Origin: Methanocaldococcus indicus
Lineage (GTDB): Archaea; AGJL01; Methanococci; Methanococcales; Methanocaldococcaceae
Assembly (NCBI RefSeq): GCF_049554935.1
Contig: NZ_CP186926.1
Location: 512,001 to 576,000 of the forward strand
Direction of reading: 5' to 3'
DNA length: 64,000 nt
The notes below the pieces were generated by a model. It was not told the DNA's origin, did no database searches, and saw nothing but the letters and a program-made list of their open reading frames with translations. Shown here piece by piece: positions 61,132 to 64,000 of this stretch (its first letter is position 1; each line of letters opens with the position of its first letter). Position numbers and translations under genes: made by a program.

Positions 61132-62049
61132 ATGAAAAAATTAATGATATTACTTATCTTTTTTTCTTTAACTTTTGTTAATTCAGAAGATTTTGGTTAT
61201 TTGGATATTGATTATACAATATCAGGAGATATAACTAATTTAAATCCCTATCCTGTCTTTATAGCTATACCAATTATAGAGAACAATGAAAGTATGGACT
61301 ATAGTTATGTGAAATCTTTGCCAATTCCAAATGTTGATGTTGTTGAAATTAATGTTGAGTATCCAAATACAACAATAATATATATATACAAACCAGATAA
61401 AATAGTTAAATTTAATGGAAAATATGGTTTTTGGCTGCCACCATATACAACAGCTAAGCTAATATTCAGAACAAACTATACTTTAAATCTAAATTTTAAC
61501 TATAACAATGAAAATACTTTTAGAGTATTAGGTCCAGCAGTTTTGGACAAATATGAAGTCATTGATTTGAACAAATTATTTTCAAATAAAAATATTGACA
61601 ATATAAAGTTAGATAACTTTAAATTAACAGTTTTTTGTACTTTGAGATTTAATGAAAATACTGTTTCTTATAAGTTGTTTAATGTTTATGACAATAATTC
61701 AATTAATATAGAAGGTGTTAGCTTAATTATTCCAGCTCCAATAATTTTAAATGACTACTCTGAGATATATACATCCACTCCATCAAACACACCAGATATA
61801 TGGATAAATTATTATGATTGGTATAATAGATTTATAGAATCAAAATATAACAATATATATAATATATATAATGAAAATAATGATGATTGGTTAGACAGTG
61901 GAAGCTTATTGTTAGATGATGAAGCTAATGAAGATATAAATTTATACTACCCAGCAGTTGCCTTTACTACTACAACACTAAAACCAATTGATTTTTACTA
62001 TACTGTCTATTGGAAAGCACCAAAACCTAAATTTCCAAATATTATTTAA
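61132..62049 (+). CDS. Secreted pilus-locus protein
   Basis: Signal peptide; beta-rich; GFWLPPYT; within epd locus. Confidence 0.7.
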   Translation: MKKLMILLIFFSLTFVNSEDFGYLDIDYTISGDITNLNPYPVFIAIPIIENNESMDYSYVKSLPIPNVDVVEINVEYPNTTIIYIYKPDKIVKFNGKYGFWLPPYTTAKLIFRTNYTLNLNFNYNNENTFRVLGPAVLDKYEVIDLNKLFSNKNIDNIKLDNFKLTVFCTLRFNENTVSYKLFNVYDNNSINIEGVSLIIPAPIILNDYSEIYTSTPSNTPDIWINYYDWYNRFIESKYNNIYNIYNENNDDWLDSGSLLLDDEANEDINLYYPAVAFTTTTLKPIDFYYTVYWKAPKPKFPNII

Positions 62050-62058
62050 GTGATAATT

Positions 62059-62475
62059 ATGAGAGCACAACTTTCCTTAGAACTTTCTATACTTATATTA
62101 GCTTTTTTAGTAATTATATTACTAACTTCTGGATATATAGGGATTTATGGATTAAATAAGGTTTCTAAGATATCAGTTATGGGTATGTCCAATGCAGCAC
62201 TATCTAAGATAAAGAATGGAGTTGAGTTAGTTTCATCAGCAGATGTTAATACAACTATATCAATAAAAGTAAGATGTCCTCCTGGATATATTGAAAGTAA
62301 AGGAAAAGAGCTATTATATTTTAGAAATGATACTTTAAAATATACTATCTCAACAAATTGCTCTGTTAATGTTGAACTATCAGAAAATCCTTATGTTGTT
62401 AATGAACCAAGAATATTAAACTTTGTTATCACAAAAATAAATGATACAACTGTAAAAATAGATATAACAAGTTAG
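62059..62475 (+). CDS. Class III signal peptide pilin-like protein
   Basis: MRA|QLSLEL followed by hydrophobic helix. Confidence 0.85.
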   Translation: MRAQLSLELSILILAFLVIILLTSGYIGIYGLNKVSKISVMGMSNAALSKIKNGVELVSSADVNTTISIKVRCPPGYIESKGKELLYFRNDTLKYTISTNCSVNVELSENPYVVNEPRILNFVITKINDTTVKIDITS

Positions 62476-62479
62476 GTAA

Positions 62480-64000
62480 TTAAGGTTTTAAAAATCTTCT
62501 ATCTTTTAACTCTTCTATTTTTGCTCTATTCCAGTTGGAGATATTTTGTAGATATCCAGTTATTCTACTAAACTTTGCTATATTGTTAGATGAACAGTTA
62601 GGACATCTATTTAATAATCCTCCTGTTCCATATCTACAATCATTACATATACTTAGATTTTTTGTATATGTCCAATATCCTATATTTGTTTTAGTTATTT
62701 TCTTTGTTAATTCATATAAAACCTCTGGGTCTGAAGCTTTTTCCATATTCCATATATGTAAGATGTGCCCTCCATTACAAATAGGATGGAACACTTCTTC
62801 AATTCTAACTTTTTCTCCAATAGATATTGGAGCATCTACTCTAACATGTGAGGAATTTGTGTAATATAAACTACTTGGCTCATCTGGATTACCTCTAACA
62901 ACTGATAGAGTTTCTTCTTTGTAGTGTTTATAGTCCAATCTTGCAAATCTTCCAGCACAACTCTCAGCAGGAGTTTGAGTTATTGTCCATCTTAATCCAG
63001 TCTCACTTTTTAATTCATCAGCATAATCTCTCATAAATGAAATAACTTTCTCACCAAACCTGACAGCTTCTTTATCTTCATGCAACTCTTTCCCAATATG
63101 GAACTTTAACATTTCATTTAATCCAACAAATCCAAAGGTTTTGGTTGTATTCTCATATCTGTAATAATCTTCTCCATCAAACTTCTGAGTTAAGAAGGGT
63201 AGCATTTTATCTTCATATAATCTTTCTAATGTTATATTGTGCTTAATTAATAAAGCCTCTTTTAATACTTCTAATCTTTCTCTTAGAATTTCAAAGAGCT
63301 TATTATCATCTCCTCTTGCTTCATAGGCAATTCTTGGGAGATTTACAGTGTACCACTGCATATTTCCAGTTCTTAGAGTATCTACTTCTGGATTTCCTGT
63401 CCAATTGTTTGATAATCTTGTTCTACAACCCATTGAATTAGTATTCTCTCCCTGCCAATCTGGGAACATATTTATAAAGTAAGGAATACCATATTTAGCA
63501 GATAATTTATGGATTTTTTCCATTAATTCTTTATTTTCATCTTTAAATGCTTTTTCTCTCAGTTTAATTATAAAGTTTGGGAAAATAAAAGGTTTTCCCA
63601 TTGCATCTCCTTCCATCATAACATCAACTAATGCCTCTAAAATAAGCTTTGCTTCTTCTTCATACTCTTCATAAGTCCCTCTTTCAGTTCCTGCTATTAT
63701 AGCAGGTTTATCTTTTAGATAGTTAGGAATCTCTAATTCTAAATTTATTGAGGAGAAAACACACTGTCCTCCTCTACTAACATACATCTGATTCATTTCA
63801 TATATAAACATCTGCATAAGTTGTTTTATTCTTTTATAATCTAAACCTTTGACATAAGGAGCCAACCAAATATTAAATTCATCTATACTTTGCCCACCAC
63901 TCATGTTTGTTTGGGCAGCCATCATAACCTTAGCTGCATGTTGTATAGCCACTTCTGGATGTTTTGCTGGTTTTGAAACACAAGTATGTTGTCCATGTCC
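62480..64000 (-). CDS. nrdD: Anaerobic ribonucleoside-triphosphate reductase (5' part outside window)
   Basis: Frame open to window end; SMGCRT active-site loop, TPAES, YYTNS, CxxC..CxxC, glycyl-radical SRITGY. Confidence 0.96.
   Translation of the reverse strand, partial: GHGQHTCVSKPAKHPEVAIQHAAKVMMAAQTNMSGGQSIDEFNIWLAPYVKGLDYKRIKQLMQMFIYEMNQMYVSRGGQCVFSSINLELEIPNYLKDKPAIIAGTERGTYEEYEEEAKLILEALVDVMMEGDAMGKPFIFPNFIIKLREKAFKDENKELMEKIHKLSAKYGIPYFINMFPDWQGENTNSMGCRTRLSNNWTGNPEVDTLRTGNMQWYTVNLPRIAYEARGDDNKLFEILRERLEVLKEALLIKHNITLERLYEDKMLPFLTQKFDGEDYYRYENTTKTFGFVGLNEMLKFHIGKELHEDKEAVRFGEKVISFMRDYADELKSETGLRWTITQTPAESCAGRFARLDYKHYKEETLSVVRGNPDEPSSLYYTNSSHVRVDAPISIGEKVRIEEVFHPICNGGHILHIWNMEKASDPEVLYELTKKITKTNIGYWTYTKNLSICNDCRYGTGGLLNRCPNCSSNNIAKFSRITGYLQNISNWNRAKIEELKDRRFLKP

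Overview
AT-rich, gene-dense archaeal DNA from a hyperthermophilic Methanococcales methanogen, most like Methanocaldococcus (Hmd, AksE/AksF, TfrB, BpsA, EppA pilus locus, intron-containing tRNA-Trp). Most of the window is shuffled housekeeping genes. The stand-out is an apparent nitrate-assimilation operon at 34.4-39.9 kb: a bacterial-type NarK/NasA transporter, a NarB-type molybdo/tungstopterin nitrate reductase, and an overlapping paralog of the methanogen F420-dependent sulfite reductase (Fsr) in the nitrite-reductase position. Its leader carries two NrpR-like operators and a ~22-bp inverted repeat that would fold over the ribosome-binding site. An F420H2 oxidase (FprA) and a divergent HrsM-like LysR regulator lie just upstream. 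Also present are an internally deleted IS5-like element with 14-bp terminal inverted repeats and a decayed miniature relative 23 kb away. No CRISPR array or rRNA was seen. All calls come from motif recognition and recalled homologs; no database search or folding program was run.
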